From an uncultured Chloroflexia bacterium (GTDB taxonomy: Bacteria; Chloroflexota; Chloroflexia; QHBQ01; JADMIH01): 64,000 nt of DNA. Below, one piece after another: positions 21,484-31,607 of this stretch. The stretch lies in the NCBI GenBank assembly GCA_963797095.1, contig CAWCNY010000006.1, positions 288,001 to 352,000 on the forward strand. Direction: 5' to 3'. Position 1 is the stretch's first letter, and each line of letters starts with the position of its first letter. The notes beneath the pieces were generated by a model, which was not told the origin of the DNA, ran no database searches, and saw only the letters and a list, made by a program, of their open reading frames with translations. Position numbers and translations under genes: made by a program.

Positions 21484-21600
21484 ACGGCAATCCGGCTGGC
21501 CGCTTCTGCTTAGGCGAGGCGGTCAGCCGGATTGTCATTATACAATGATCTTAGTTGTGCTGTACACCTTTTTGCTCACTTCTCATTTCATGATCCAAAT

Positions 21601-21647
21601 AATAAAGAGGGAAATGGGCATCTGCAATGCCCATTTCCCTCTTTATT
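21601..21647. terminator. long inverted repeat, probable terminator
   Basis: aataaagagggaaatgggcat...atgcccatttccctctttatt downstream of 21661-22227. Confidence 0.7.
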
Positions 21648-21660
21648 ATTCTCTTAGATT

Positions 21661-22227
21661 CTAGCGAGGAGTGCGGTTGCCGTTATGGCGTATGCTACCG
21701 TCGTCTTCGTCATCCTCTACGAACTCTTCTGCTTCCTCATCTTCTTCGTATTCCTCTTCGTCTTCGTCCTCTCCGCCGTTTTCGTACTCCGCTTCCTCTT
21801 CCTCTTCCATGTCCTCTTCGAATTCCTCGTAGTCTTCGCTCATCGCCTCGATGAAATCATCTACGATAGCGGCGACTTCGTCTGGATTGCCCGCAAGCTC
21901 GTGTACATCGTCCTCGGTGCCGATATCGACGCGCAGCTCGTGCTCTTCGCCTTCTGCGCGCCACATCGTGACGGCGTACATCCCTTCTTCATCTGATACA
22001 CCCGCGTAGAACCAATCATTCTGGGCGAGGTCATCGGCGTCGAGGTAAGCGTCACGGTCGGACCCCTTCAGGCCTGCCGACAGGTTGACGACCACCTCTT
22101 GTAAGGCGTCTATCAACTCCTCACGAGTGACTTCGTAATCCTCGAACTCCTCATCTTCCTCATCCATAGGCTCCAAGTTCTCATCGACCTCTTCTTCCAT
22201 CTCTTCCTGGGGCTTCTGGCTGTCCAT
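21661..22227 (-). CDS. highly acidic hypothetical protein
   Basis: GGAGG RBS; D/E-dominated termini around a roughly 90-aa core. Confidence 0.75.
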   Translation of the reverse strand: MDSQKPQEEMEEEVDENLEPMDEEDEEFEDYEVTREELIDALQEVVVNLSAGLKGSDRDAYLDADDLAQNDWFYAGVSDEEGMYAVTMWRAEGEEHELRVDIGTEDDVHELAGNPDEVAAIVDDFIEAMSEDYEEFEEDMEEEEEAEYENGGEDEDEEEYEEDEEAEEFVEDDEDDGSIRHNGNRTPR

Positions 22228-22244
22228 CCGGCGTCCTCCTTGTG

Positions 22245-23171
22245 TTATTTCCCTTTCTTCTCGGCCTGCTGGCCGATCCTGGCGTACACCTGCGTAGTGG
22301 AAATATTAGCGTGTCCAAGTATTTGTTGCAAGTCGCGCATGTCGGTGCCGCCTTTGAGTTTCTGAGCCGCGAACGAATGGCGCAGAGTGTGAGGAGATAT
22401 TTCGTCGAGGCCGGCAGACTTCGCGTAGCGCTTTAGTATGAGCCAGAAACCCTGTCTCGTCAACCTCTGGCCCCTGTGGTTCAGGAAGAGCGCCCTGCTG
22501 TCGTCGTCGCGGGCAAGCGTTCTGCCCCTGGCGCGTGCGAGCAGCGCCCTACCACGCCCCATATAATCGCGCAGGGCTTGCAGGCTGTCGGGCGATGCAA
22601 TGGGGATGCGGCGCATCTTGCCTCGTCCCCGCGTGGCAACCGTGCCCGTGTCCAGGTCTATGTCACCCAGGTCGAGGGCCACCGTCTCACCCACCCGCAG
22701 CCCCGTGGCATACAAAAGCTGCATCATGGCCCGGTCTCGCAGCGTTTCGGGAGTGTCGGGAGCGATATACATCTCGCGCAAAAGCCGCCCAACTTCGCTC
22801 GCATCAATCGTGTGCGGCAGGGCGCGGTCCACATGCGGCGCTGCAAGGTCCTTAACCGGGTTGTTGCTCACAACCCCTTTGGTGATGAGGTACTTGAAGA
22901 ACGACTTGATCGCCGCCTGCTTGCGGGCCACGGTGGTAGTGGCGTACTGGCGCTCGCGCAGGTGCAGCAGGAAGTGTAGGATGTGCTCGCGGGTGATACG
23001 GTTCCAGGCCGAGGGGGCTTGGAGCGGCGGTCGCAGCTGGCCTTTCTCCTCACTCAAATAATCCGCGAATTGCGTCAGGTCGTTGCGGTAGGCCGCGAGG
23101 GTATTGCCGGAAAAGCCTCTTTGGGCTTCCAGTGCAGCGAGAAACTGATCAATAGGCCCTGAATCGAGCAT
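22245..23171 (-). CDS. xerD: tyrosine recombinase, XerD-like
   Basis: NTLAAYRNDL, RDRAM..LLYATGLRV.E, TRQGFW.ILK, SPHTLRHSFA, LGHANISTTQVY. Confidence 0.88.
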   Translation of the reverse strand: MLDSGPIDQFLAALEAQRGFSGNTLAAYRNDLTQFADYLSEEKGQLRPPLQAPSAWNRITREHILHFLLHLRERQYATTTVARKQAAIKSFFKYLITKGVVSNNPVKDLAAPHVDRALPHTIDASEVGRLLREMYIAPDTPETLRDRAMMQLLYATGLRVGETVALDLGDIDLDTGTVATRGRGKMRRIPIASPDSLQALRDYMGRGRALLARARGRTLARDDDSRALFLNHRGQRLTRQGFWLILKRYAKSAGLDEISPHTLRHSFAAQKLKGGTDMRDLQQILGHANISTTQVYARIGQQAEKKGK

Positions 23172-23352
23172 CGAGTTTCCCTCTAGCAGTTACCGCCAAC
23201 CGGTACCGCCAACCGTCATCTTCGCATTCAGAAGCGGTCTCTCACAATAGCGGTGTAGTAGAGCGCAGGGCGAGAGTTGTACAATTCTAGCAGAGCAGTT
23301 GGCTTATGTCAACTGCTAATCTGGGTGATTAAGGAGTAGTGTACACTCTTTG

Positions 23353-24297
23353 CTATCTACTGCCTTCAGATCCTGGGATCCTGACCCCCGGCCCGCCCAG
23401 TGCATTATCGAAAAAGTGGAAAACTCTCTCGGCATACTCATCCTCGCTGGCTGAGAAAGACGACACGTGCCCCACCGAAGGCACGATCCAGAGTTGCAGG
23501 TTGGGGTCGTCTGCCCCCGCCTCTGCAAGCTCCTGAGCCTGCTCCACCGGGATCATATTGTCGCCGTTGGCGTGGATCAGCAGCACCGGACGGTTTCCCA
23601 ACCTGCCAGTCGCCCGCCGAGGCTCGTTCGCCGATATGTCTGTGCCATACATCAATCTTGTTACCAACACGATACCGGGATCAAGGAACCCTGGCGCGCC
23701 GGTGCTCCCTCGTTCGATGTCCACCATAGACATCAAATTTGAGAAAGAAGAGTCGGCCACGATAGCCGCGATCTCAGGGTGATCGGGGGCGGAGTTGATA
23801 ATGGTGGCCGCGCCCATCGACCACCCGATTGCCCCTACCTCGTCTATTCCTCTCCCCTTCAGATAAGCCAGTGCCCCCGCCACGTCCCGCGTCTCCAAAT
23901 CGCCTATAGAGCCGGTGTCCCCACCCGACTCTCCATGCGCCCTGAAATCGAACATGCACAGGTCGTATCCATGCTCGTATAGCCTCCGGCCTACCTCCAT
24001 GTTGATGTAATTGTCCCTGGCGCTGCTCTCTCCATGCAACACAAGAATCGTGCGATCCCTCGGCGAATCGATAAACCACCCTTTAAGAAGTACGCCATCC
24101 GGTACGCTGGGGAAAGTCACACTTTCGTACTTCATCCCATACACTTCTGGTGTGGTGTGAAGCGGCATTCGGATCGGATGGGTGACCTTGTAAGCGGCGT
24201 AGGCTGACAGTCCGAAATAGGCAATCAGCGCGATGGCGAACAGCGTCACCCCTACCCGCGACAGCCGTTTTCTCCATCTGTGTGTAGGATCCTGCAT
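23353..24297 (-). CDS. alpha/beta hydrolase, membrane anchored
   Basis: FDFRAHGES, GWSMG nucleophile elbow, D and GH catalytic residues. Confidence 0.85.
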   Translation of the reverse strand: MQDPTHRWRKRLSRVGVTLFAIALIAYFGLSAYAAYKVTHPIRMPLHTTPEVYGMKYESVTFPSVPDGVLLKGWFIDSPRDRTILVLHGESSARDNYINMEVGRRLYEHGYDLCMFDFRAHGESGGDTGSIGDLETRDVAGALAYLKGRGIDEVGAIGWSMGAATIINSAPDHPEIAAIVADSSFSNLMSMVDIERGSTGAPGFLDPGIVLVTRLMYGTDISANEPRRATGRLGNRPVLLIHANGDNMIPVEQAQELAEAGADDPNLQLWIVPSVGHVSSFSASEDEYAERVFHFFDNALGGPGVRIPGSEGSR

Positions 24298-24446
24298 CTA
24301 TGTTAGAGTAATTTCGTCGTGCTTTCCGAAAGGACATCCCCTTAATTGGAGACGTATCTATGATACAGGTTGAGCACCTCAATCGTGTACGCTGGTCTAC
24401 TGTTTGCTACGCTTCTCAATAAAGAAAGGTTACAGGAGGTTAGAAG

Positions 24447-25274
24447 ATGGCTGACAACGAGAGAGCATTCTCTTTCCTGAAGGTGAACAGGCGCGAAGGC
24501 AAGCCTCGCAAACGAGGCATAACCGAGATTCGCGGCCCCTATTACACCCCGATGGGCACACGCTACCTGCAAGACGTTCTAGAGACGATGGGAGAGTACG
24601 TCGACAACCTCAAGTTCGCGGGCGGCTCGTTCTCCCTCATGCCCCGGAAGCGTCTCATAGAGATTACCGACCTTTGCCACTCCCACAATGTGCGGGTTTC
24701 GACCGGGGGCTTCATCGAATACGTGTTGACCCAGGGTTACGATGCGGTGGACCGCTATCTTGAGGAATGCAAAGCGGTGGGCTTCGATATCGTGGAGGTG
24801 TCGAGCGGTTTCATCACTCTCCCTGCTGACAGCATCGTGCGCGTGGTCGAAAGGGTGCAAAAAGCGGGGCTAAAGGCCAAGCCCGAAGTAGGGGTACAGT
24901 TCGGGGCAGGCGGCGCGACCTCCGTCGAGGAACTGGAAGCCGAGGGCACACGTGACCCAGGCATAGCCATCAGCCTCGCCAAACGCTGCCTCGAAGTGGG
25001 TGCGGAGATCATTATGATCGAGTCTGAAGGGATCACCGAGAATGTCAAAACGTGGCGCACCGACATAGTGGCCCGCATCGCTGACGAGATCGGCCTGGAA
25101 AATGTGATGTTCGAGGCCGCCGACCCTGAGGTTTTCGCCTGGTACATCAAGAACTACGGCCCCCTGGTCAACCTCTTCGTAGACCACAGCCAGATCGTGC
25201 AACTCGAGTGCCTCCGCGCCGGAATCTGGGGTACCAAGAGCCTCTGGGGCAGGGTGCTTACCTACCAGCCGTGA
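24447..25274 (+). CDS. comA: phosphosulfolactate synthase (ComA family)
   Basis: KPRKRGITEIRGPYY, LKFAGGS, E.SSGF, KPEVG, MIESEG, FEAA, NLFVDHSQ..LECLR. Confidence 0.85.
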   Translation: MADNERAFSFLKVNRREGKPRKRGITEIRGPYYTPMGTRYLQDVLETMGEYVDNLKFAGGSFSLMPRKRLIEITDLCHSHNVRVSTGGFIEYVLTQGYDAVDRYLEECKAVGFDIVEVSSGFITLPADSIVRVVERVQKAGLKAKPEVGVQFGAGGATSVEELEAEGTRDPGIAISLAKRCLEVGAEIIMIESEGITENVKTWRTDIVARIADEIGLENVMFEAADPEVFAWYIKNYGPLVNLFVDHSQIVQLECLRAGIWGTKSLWGRVLTYQP

Positions 25275-25488
25275 CAAATAGCACCGCAATTTTCCAGGCA
25301 TGATGTTTGTCTCTGGTATACTCCGAAATCGGACGAAACTCGTTGTATGGTGAAATAGCCAGAATATGAAGGTCACGCTTGTGAGCATATTACCTGGTTC
25401 AAAATAAGCCAAAAATGGGGAGGGGTTGGGGTGGGGTCTTGGGTGCCACCTGCAACTGTGGTTTAGGCGATCACAACGAGTTTTGACG

Positions 25489-25535
25489 TTGACACGCCTG
25501 GCAGAAAGCGTTATAGTTACCCTAACAAGCGTTAG
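25489..25535 (+). promoter_or_regulatory. sigma70 promoter with PaaR-type operator
   Basis: TTGACA (25489) N17 TATAGT (25512); palindrome CTAACAAGCGTTAG (25522-25535) resembling the TetR-type PaaR box CNAACGNNCGTTNG. Confidence 0.7.
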
Positions 25536-25545
25536 TTTTCCTCCT

Positions 25546-26157
25546 ATGGCAATAGATCGCAAAGAGCAAATATACTCCACCGCACGCTCCCTCTTCCGCG
25601 AAAGGGGCTACCCAGCTACCACCGTGCGCGACATCGCGCGCGAGCTTAACATGCAGGCAGGCTCACTCTATGCCCACATCGAGTCGAAAGAGGACGTCCT
25701 GTGGGAGATAGTCAACCGAGCCGCCGAGCAATTCCTGGCAGCCGCCGAGCCTATCGCCGCCTCCGACCTCTCACCCGCCGACAAGCTGCGCGCCCTGGTG
25801 CGCGCCCACGTACGCCTGGTAGCCGACAACCTCGACGAGGCCACCATCTTCCTCAATGAGTGGAAGTTCCTGGGCGAAGCACGCCGCGCCTCAATTACCG
25901 AGCGGCGCAGGCGGTACGAGCACCTTTACAGGCAGGTAATAGAGCAAGGTATTCAGCAAGGCCAGTTTGCCCCCACTGACCCCAAAATGGCGACTCTCCT
26001 GGTCCTCTCTGCGGTCAACTGGATGCCCCAGTGGTACAATCCCTCCGGTCCCCTATCGCCGGACGAAATAGCCGACAGCTTCAGCAAACTGGTCCTATCA
26101 GGAATAGCCTGTGACGATGAAAGACGAAAGACGAAGGCAATACGCAGTACGAAGTAA
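25546..26157 (+). CDS. paaR: TetR-family regulator, PaaR-like
   Basis: LFRERGYPATTVRDIA..LNMQAGSLYAHIESKE HTH; WYNPSGPLS; precedes paaA. Confidence 0.75.
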   Translation: MAIDRKEQIYSTARSLFRERGYPATTVRDIARELNMQAGSLYAHIESKEDVLWEIVNRAAEQFLAAAEPIAASDLSPADKLRALVRAHVRLVADNLDEATIFLNEWKFLGEARRASITERRRRYEHLYRQVIEQGIQQGQFAPTDPKMATLLVLSAVNWMPQWYNPSGPLSPDEIADSFSKLVLSGIACDDERRKTKAIRSTK

Positions 26158-26184
26158 GCAGTATGCAGTAGTTAAGGAGGCACA

Positions 26185-27099
26185 ATGGACGATCCAACCC
26201 GTGTAGCAGAATTTACCGAATACGTTCAAAAAGGTGGCAAGGTCGAGGCCAACGACTGGATGCCTGAGGAATACCGCGCCCTGGTGCTCAAGTTCGTGGA
26301 GATGCACGCCAACTCCGAACTGATGGGTGTCCTTCCCGAGCGCGAGTGGATCAACAAGGCCCCCACGCTCAAGCGCAAGCTGGCCCTCACCGCCAAGATA
26401 CAGGACGAGGCCGGGCACGCCCAGCTTCTCTACCGCGTCGCCGAAGACCTCGGCAAGTCACGCGACGAGATGCTTCTCGACCTGCTGGCAGGCAAGACCA
26501 AGTTTCACAACGTCTTCCACTACCCCACCTTCAACTGGGGCGACGTGGCCGTGATCGCCTGGTTGGTCGATGCCGCTGCCATCCAATCGCAGAAGGCCCT
26601 CCTCGATTGTTCGTATGCGCCCTATGCCCGCACCATGCAGAAGATCTGCTGGGAGGAAAGCTTCCATATCAAGCACGGCTACGACATGATCATAACCATG
26701 ATGAACGGCTCGCAGGTGCAGAAGGATATGGTGCAAGATGCCCTCAACAGGTGGTGGTCGCCCCTGGTCATGTTCCACGGCCCACCCACCGACCCGGCCA
26801 AGGACCGCGACCTCTATTATCGCGTGAAGGCCAAGCCCAACTTCCTTCTCAGGCAGGAGTTCTTCTCCAAGTACATCCCCAAGATCCTCGAACTGGGCCT
26901 CACCATCCCCGATCCCGACCTCCACTTCGACACCGAAAAGAACGAGTGGATCTACACCCAGCCCGACTGGAACGAACTCAAGATGGTGGTCACGGGCCAC
27001 GGCCCCAAGAGCCAGGACCGTCTCGACCTGCGCCGCCTGAACTACGCCGACACCCAATGGGTGCGTGACATGGTCCTCGCAGAGCAAGTAGCCGCGTAG
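26185..27099 (+). CDS. paaA: 1,2-phenylacetyl-CoA epoxidase subunit A
   Basis: DWMPEEYR, HANSE..G, APTLKRK..L.AK.QDEAGH, EESFH di-iron motifs. Confidence 0.95.
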   Translation: MDDPTRVAEFTEYVQKGGKVEANDWMPEEYRALVLKFVEMHANSELMGVLPEREWINKAPTLKRKLALTAKIQDEAGHAQLLYRVAEDLGKSRDEMLLDLLAGKTKFHNVFHYPTFNWGDVAVIAWLVDAAAIQSQKALLDCSYAPYARTMQKICWEESFHIKHGYDMIITMMNGSQVQKDMVQDALNRWWSPLVMFHGPPTDPAKDRDLYYRVKAKPNFLLRQEFFSKYIPKILELGLTIPDPDLHFDTEKNEWIYTQPDWNELKMVVTGHGPKSQDRLDLRRLNYADTQWVRDMVLAEQVAA

Positions 27100-27206
27100 A
27101 ATGTGCCACGCCGCGAACCTCACTCCTATTACAACGGTATAGATTAACAGCACGCTGTTTCAAATCCCCCGGCGTGATTGATACAGAACGCTCGGAGGAT
27201 ATTTAG

Positions 27207-28148
27207 ATGAAAATCGGATTACAGATACCCTATTACACATACCCCGGTACGTCAGAACCCCTGGCCGATGCTTTCGCGCGCATCGTGCAGACCGCCGAAG
27301 CGGCGGGCTTCGACAGCATCTGGGTTATGGACCACTACTTCCAGCTTGAAGGGCTTGGCCCAGCCGAGTTCGAGATGATAGAAGCCTACACCACCCTCAG
27401 CTACGCAGCGGCGCTCACGAAGCGCGTCATGCTTGGGCCGCTCGTGGCAGGAGTTATGTACCGGAATCCCGCTATGCTGGTCAAATCGGCCACCGCTCTC
27501 GACGTCTTGAGCAAGGGGCGCTCCTACTTCGGCGTTGGCGCGGCCTGGTTCGAACGCGAGCATAAAGGCCTCGGGGTGAACTTCCCTCCCCTCAAAGAGC
27601 GATTCGAGCGCCTTGAAGAGACCCTTCAGATCGCCCATAAGATGTGGTCGGACGAGGTAACCGAGCACCTCGGCAAGCATTACAACCTGGCCGAAACCAT
27701 CAACATGCCCAACTCGGTGCAGCGTCCCCACCCACCCATAATGATCGGCGGCACAGGCGAGCGGAAGACATTCAGGCTGATCGCACAATATGCCGACGCC
27801 TGCAACGTCTTCACCTGGCGGGGCGTCGACTACGTTCGCCAGAAGTACGATGTATTGCGTGAGCGCTGCGAGGAGGCCGATCGCCCCTACAGCGATATAG
27901 AGAAGACCACTCTCAGCGAGCTAAACGTCACGCCCGACGGCAAGCCCTTAGCCAACGAATTCCTCACGCCCGACAAGCGCGAAGATATGACGGCGAGCCA
28001 CGCTATCGAGCAATTCCACCAGTTAGCCGAAATAGGCACCGACCACGCCATCTTCAACAGCACGATCTCCCACATCCCAGGCGCGCTGGACATCTGGGCC
28101 GAAGAGATCTTGCCTGCGGTGCACAAGATGGTCCCAGCAGGAAGGTAA
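27207..28148 (+). CDS. LLM-class probable F420-dependent oxidoreductase
   Basis: GFDSIWVMDHYFQ, YRNPA.L.K...LDVLS.GR, GAAWFEREH, PPIMIGG.GERKT. Confidence 0.88.
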   Translation: MKIGLQIPYYTYPGTSEPLADAFARIVQTAEAAGFDSIWVMDHYFQLEGLGPAEFEMIEAYTTLSYAAALTKRVMLGPLVAGVMYRNPAMLVKSATALDVLSKGRSYFGVGAAWFEREHKGLGVNFPPLKERFERLEETLQIAHKMWSDEVTEHLGKHYNLAETINMPNSVQRPHPPIMIGGTGERKTFRLIAQYADACNVFTWRGVDYVRQKYDVLRERCEEADRPYSDIEKTTLSELNVTPDGKPLANEFLTPDKREDMTASHAIEQFHQLAEIGTDHAIFNSTISHIPGALDIWAEEILPAVHKMVPAGR

Positions 28149-28261
28149 GTCAACGGCGAAAGACGAAAGACAACGAGTGACGAGTGACGAGTGACGAGTG
28201 GATACGCAATACGCACGCACCACCCGTCATTCGTCATTCGTCCAAACCAGAGGTACCACAA

Positions 28262-28561
28262 ATGCCCGTATACGAAGTCTTCACACAGGCCCGCGAGGGC
28301 AAGCCGTTTGAGCACGGCGGCAACGTGGTCGCACCCGACCCTGAGTTGGCTATGCTCTACGCTCGCGAGTTCTACGGTCGCCGCCAGGAAAGCGCCCGCA
28401 TCTGGATAGTGCCTCGCGATGCCATAGTCGAGATCAAAGACCCCGACCTCCTTCACCCGCCAGCCGTCGACCGCTCCTACCGCACTGTCGGCGGCTACTC
28501 TGTGCGCGACACCCTGAGAGCCACCAGAGGCGCAGTAGCCGGGAGCCAACAGCCCGACTAA
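28262..28561 (+). CDS. paaB: phenylacetyl-CoA epoxidase subunit B
   Basis: MPVYEVF, H.G.V.APD.ELAM.YARE.YGRR.E...IWIV. Confidence 0.88.
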   Translation: MPVYEVFTQAREGKPFEHGGNVVAPDPELAMLYAREFYGRRQESARIWIVPRDAIVEIKDPDLLHPPAVDRSYRTVGGYSVRDTLRATRGAVAGSQQPD

Positions 28562-28620
28562 GACGCGACGAAGGACGAAATAAGCGATACGCAGTACATA
28601 TTCCCAACGTATCAAAAACA

Positions 28621-29412
28621 ATGATAGAACAACTAACAACCAAACCCCTCCACATCCTCCTCCTCTCCATCGCCGACGACGAGTTCATACTGGGTTACCG
28701 CAACTCCGAATGGACCGGCATCGCCCCCATGCTCGAAGAAGATGTAGCCTTCTCCTCCATGTCGCAGGACGAGATCGGCCACGCCCGCCTCCTCTATGAG
28801 ATGCTACAGGCCGAAACGGGCATCTCTGCCGACAAGATCGCCTATGCGCGCCAGCCAGACGAATTCCTCTGTTGCAGGCTGATGGAGCACCGCAAGCTCG
28901 ATTGGGCGCACGCCATCGCCCGCCAGTTCCTCTACGATACAGCAGATCACGTCCGCCTTGAGGTTCTCTCGAACTCTACATACGAGCCTTTGAGGCAGGC
29001 CGCAGGCAAGATCATCCGAGAGGAGAAATACCACCTCCTCCACGGCGACATGTGGATGAACCGCCTCGCCACCCGTACCGATGAATCTCGCGCCCGCCTG
29101 ATCGCAGCCCTCGATACCCTCTGGCCCGACGCTTTGAGCATCTTCGAGCCGCTAATGGGCGAAGACGAGTTGATCAGCAATGGGGTCTTGCCCGCCACCA
29201 TGGGCGAAATGCAGGCCGAATGGCTCGCTCAAATAGCTCCCTACTTCAAAAACCTGGACCTCCCCTTCCCCGCCGAGGAAGATGCCCAGGGCCTCTACAC
29301 CACCATCAAGCCCAACTACGGCGGCAGAAACGGCGAGCACGGCCCCGAGTTCACCGAGCTATGGGAAGAAATGACCTCCGTGTACAGATTGGACCCGGAG
29401 GCGGTTTGGTAG
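28621..29412 (+). CDS. paaC: phenylacetyl-CoA epoxidase subunit C
   Basis: ADDE.ILG.R.SEW.G.APMLEEDVA, QDEIGHAR, EEKYH. Confidence 0.93.
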   Translation: MIEQLTTKPLHILLLSIADDEFILGYRNSEWTGIAPMLEEDVAFSSMSQDEIGHARLLYEMLQAETGISADKIAYARQPDEFLCCRLMEHRKLDWAHAIARQFLYDTADHVRLEVLSNSTYEPLRQAAGKIIREEKYHLLHGDMWMNRLATRTDESRARLIAALDTLWPDALSIFEPLMGEDELISNGVLPATMGEMQAEWLAQIAPYFKNLDLPFPAEEDAQGLYTTIKPNYGGRNGEHGPEFTELWEEMTSVYRLDPEAVW

Positions 29413-29422
29413 GAAATACACT

Positions 29423-29932
29423 ATGAAGACAACACAACAGATAACAGAACAACAGGTGCGCGACGCCCTCATGGACGTAATGGACCCGGAGATCCCACAC
29501 CTCTCCATAGTAGACCTCGGCATAGTCCATAAAGTGGAAACAGGAGACACAGGGATTGCGGTAGATATCATGCCAACCTTCGTAGGCTGCCCCGCCCTTG
29601 AGATCATAAAAGACAGCGTGCGAGAGCGCCTGGAAACCCTCGCCCCCGACCACGACATTACCGTCAACGTCACAATGGAAGTGCCGTGGACCAGCGACCG
29701 CATCTCTGAGCGTGGGCGCGAAATCCTGAAAAGCTCAGGCTTCGCCCCGCCCCTCGCCCGCAAGCTGATGCCAGCCCGTGCCAACCTGATCCAGCTACTT
29801 CCCGTAGTCGAGTGCCCCTACTGCAACTCGCGCAACACAGTAATGGAAAACGCCTTCGGCCCCACCCTCTGCCGCGCCATCTACTACTGCCACAACTGCC
29901 GCCAGCCGTTCGAGCAATTCAAACAGGTCTGA
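29423..29932 (+). CDS. paaD: phenylacetyl-CoA epoxidase subunit D
   Basis: V.DPEIP.LSIVDLG, PTFVGCPA, WTSDRI, CPYC, FGPTLCRAIYYC..CRQPFE. Confidence 0.93.
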   Translation: MKTTQQITEQQVRDALMDVMDPEIPHLSIVDLGIVHKVETGDTGIAVDIMPTFVGCPALEIIKDSVRERLETLAPDHDITVNVTMEVPWTSDRISERGREILKSSGFAPPLARKLMPARANLIQLLPVVECPYCNSRNTVMENAFGPTLCRAIYYCHNCRQPFEQFKQV

Positions 29933-30006
29933 AACCGACAAAGGACGAAGGATGGTGGTGCGTGCGTATTGCGTATTCACTCGTCACTCGTCACTCGTCA
30001 CTCGTC

Positions 30007-30669
30007 CTACTGTGGCTGAATAATCAGCGTCATACCATCAAAGTAGTTCCAGCGGAAGATGAATGAGTTCCACTCGGTATGGTAGAAGCCGCCATCGCCG
30101 ACATCCATCAAATAAACGCCATCGCTGTCGTACCCGTACAGCACAAGAGCATGCTCGTAGGGCACAAGCTTGAACGTCTGCCCATCGTACTCTTCCCAGT
30201 ACTCCGGACGCTCTTCATACTTGCCTGCGGTCAACCACACCACCGCCGGGTATCCCGCCCTGATATTCGCCTTGAGCCTCTCCACGTCCGTCCCGTAGAA
30301 CACCGTCGCCTTATATCCACGCTCCTCAAGCACAGACGCAAGTGGCTCGGCGTAGATGCCATAATCATCGATCCAACCGAACCCACCGTTGATATCACCT
30401 CTGAATCCGACGTGCGGGTTGGGGTTCTCGGGTATCTCCGCAATGAAATCTTTCTGCGAAACTAAATTGCCCCAGTAAAGTGTGACCGTAGCTGCGGCAG
30501 CATACTCGCAACTGAGGTTGTACCACTGAGTAACTGAAGGGATCCCGTCTATAACATATGCACCTTTTTGGGCCTCGGCTGTGGGTAACATCGCGAAGGC
30601 CGGCACTATAACGGATAGGAGGACTGAGCACGTTAAAAGAATACGCTTGCGGATTGATTTAGTATACAT
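30007..30669 (-). CDS. secreted C39-like peptidase
   Basis: Signal peptide; Q..NLSCE, NPHVGFRG, EHALVLYGYD. Confidence 0.8.
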   Translation of the reverse strand: MYTKSIRKRILLTCSVLLSVIVPAFAMLPTAEAQKGAYVIDGIPSVTQWYNLSCEYAAAATVTLYWGNLVSQKDFIAEIPENPNPHVGFRGDINGGFGWIDDYGIYAEPLASVLEERGYKATVFYGTDVERLKANIRAGYPAVVWLTAGKYEERPEYWEEYDGQTFKLVPYEHALVLYGYDSDGVYLMDVGDGGFYHTEWNSFIFRWNYFDGMTLIIQPQ

Positions 30670-30878
30670 TTCGTCTGCCCTCAACATAATATTGTGTGCT
30701 TACTGTCCTTTCTGCTTGGTGATCTTCTTCGCCCTTCTTAACATAATGCAAACAACATGCCAATAGAAGTACCGAAAAGTTAAGATTTGATGAGATTCAT
30801 CGCGGCTTGACGCACCTTTGCGCGGGTCCTTATAATAAGTTGGCGGAGCGTGACCCCTCTGCCCAGGCAAGCCATAAT

Positions 30879-31496
30879 ATGATCGATTTCTTTACATCCC
30901 CCCTCTTTCTGCTGTTTGCCCGCCTCTGTGTAGGCGGGGTATTCATTGTGTCCGGCGTTGGCAAGTGGCTCGATAAGCCTGGCACCGAGGCCAGCATGTC
31001 CCGCTACCTCTTCCTGCCCGGGGGTTCGGGCAAGTTCATCGCCACCGTCTTCCCCCCTCTTGAGATGGCAATCGGCCTGGCCCTCATCTTCGGCCTCCTC
31101 ACCCGCCTGGCCGCCCTCGGCGCTTGCCTCCTCCTCATTCTCTTCACCGGCCTCATAATCTACGACCTCTCGCGTGGCAAGACCCAATCATGCCACTGCT
31201 TCGGCAAGCTCTCCGACGACAAACTGACCCCGATGGCTGTGGTGCGCAATGTGGCGCTGATGCTCTTGTCCCTACTGGTGCTCTTCGCCTTTGACGGTTT
31301 CGCCTCGCTCGACCGCCTCATCGCGGGCAACACAAGCGGCCTCCTACTGGCAAACCTCCCGCCCACAGGCGACCCTGGTGCAAGCAATACAGTGCCGGTA
31401 GTAATCCTCTCCCTGGTGACCGTAATAGTGGTGGTATTCGGTGGCAAAGCGGTGTCAATGGTACGCAATACCCTGCGCGGTCTGGGCTTCCGCTAA
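30879..31496 (+). CDS. MauE/DoxX-family redox membrane protein
   Basis: ARL..GGVF..SG..K, P.LE..IG, CHCFG, RN. Confidence 0.85.
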   Translation: MIDFFTSPLFLLFARLCVGGVFIVSGVGKWLDKPGTEASMSRYLFLPGGSGKFIATVFPPLEMAIGLALIFGLLTRLAALGACLLLILFTGLIIYDLSRGKTQSCHCFGKLSDDKLTPMAVVRNVALMLLSLLVLFAFDGFASLDRLIAGNTSGLLLANLPPTGDPGASNTVPVVILSLVTVIVVVFGGKAVSMVRNTLRGLGFR

Positions 31497-31607
31497 TGAA
31501 GAAAGACGCAAGACGAACGACGTTGGCAATGCCAAGTTCCACACTCGCCGCTCGTCACTCGCCAATAATCTTTCGTCCACAAATACCAGAAAGGAGGTGG
31601 TGTAGAG

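Noticed and set aside
22245-23171. Prophage or island integrase
   Set aside because: Motifs match housekeeping XerD (TRQGFW); no att sites or phage genes adjacent
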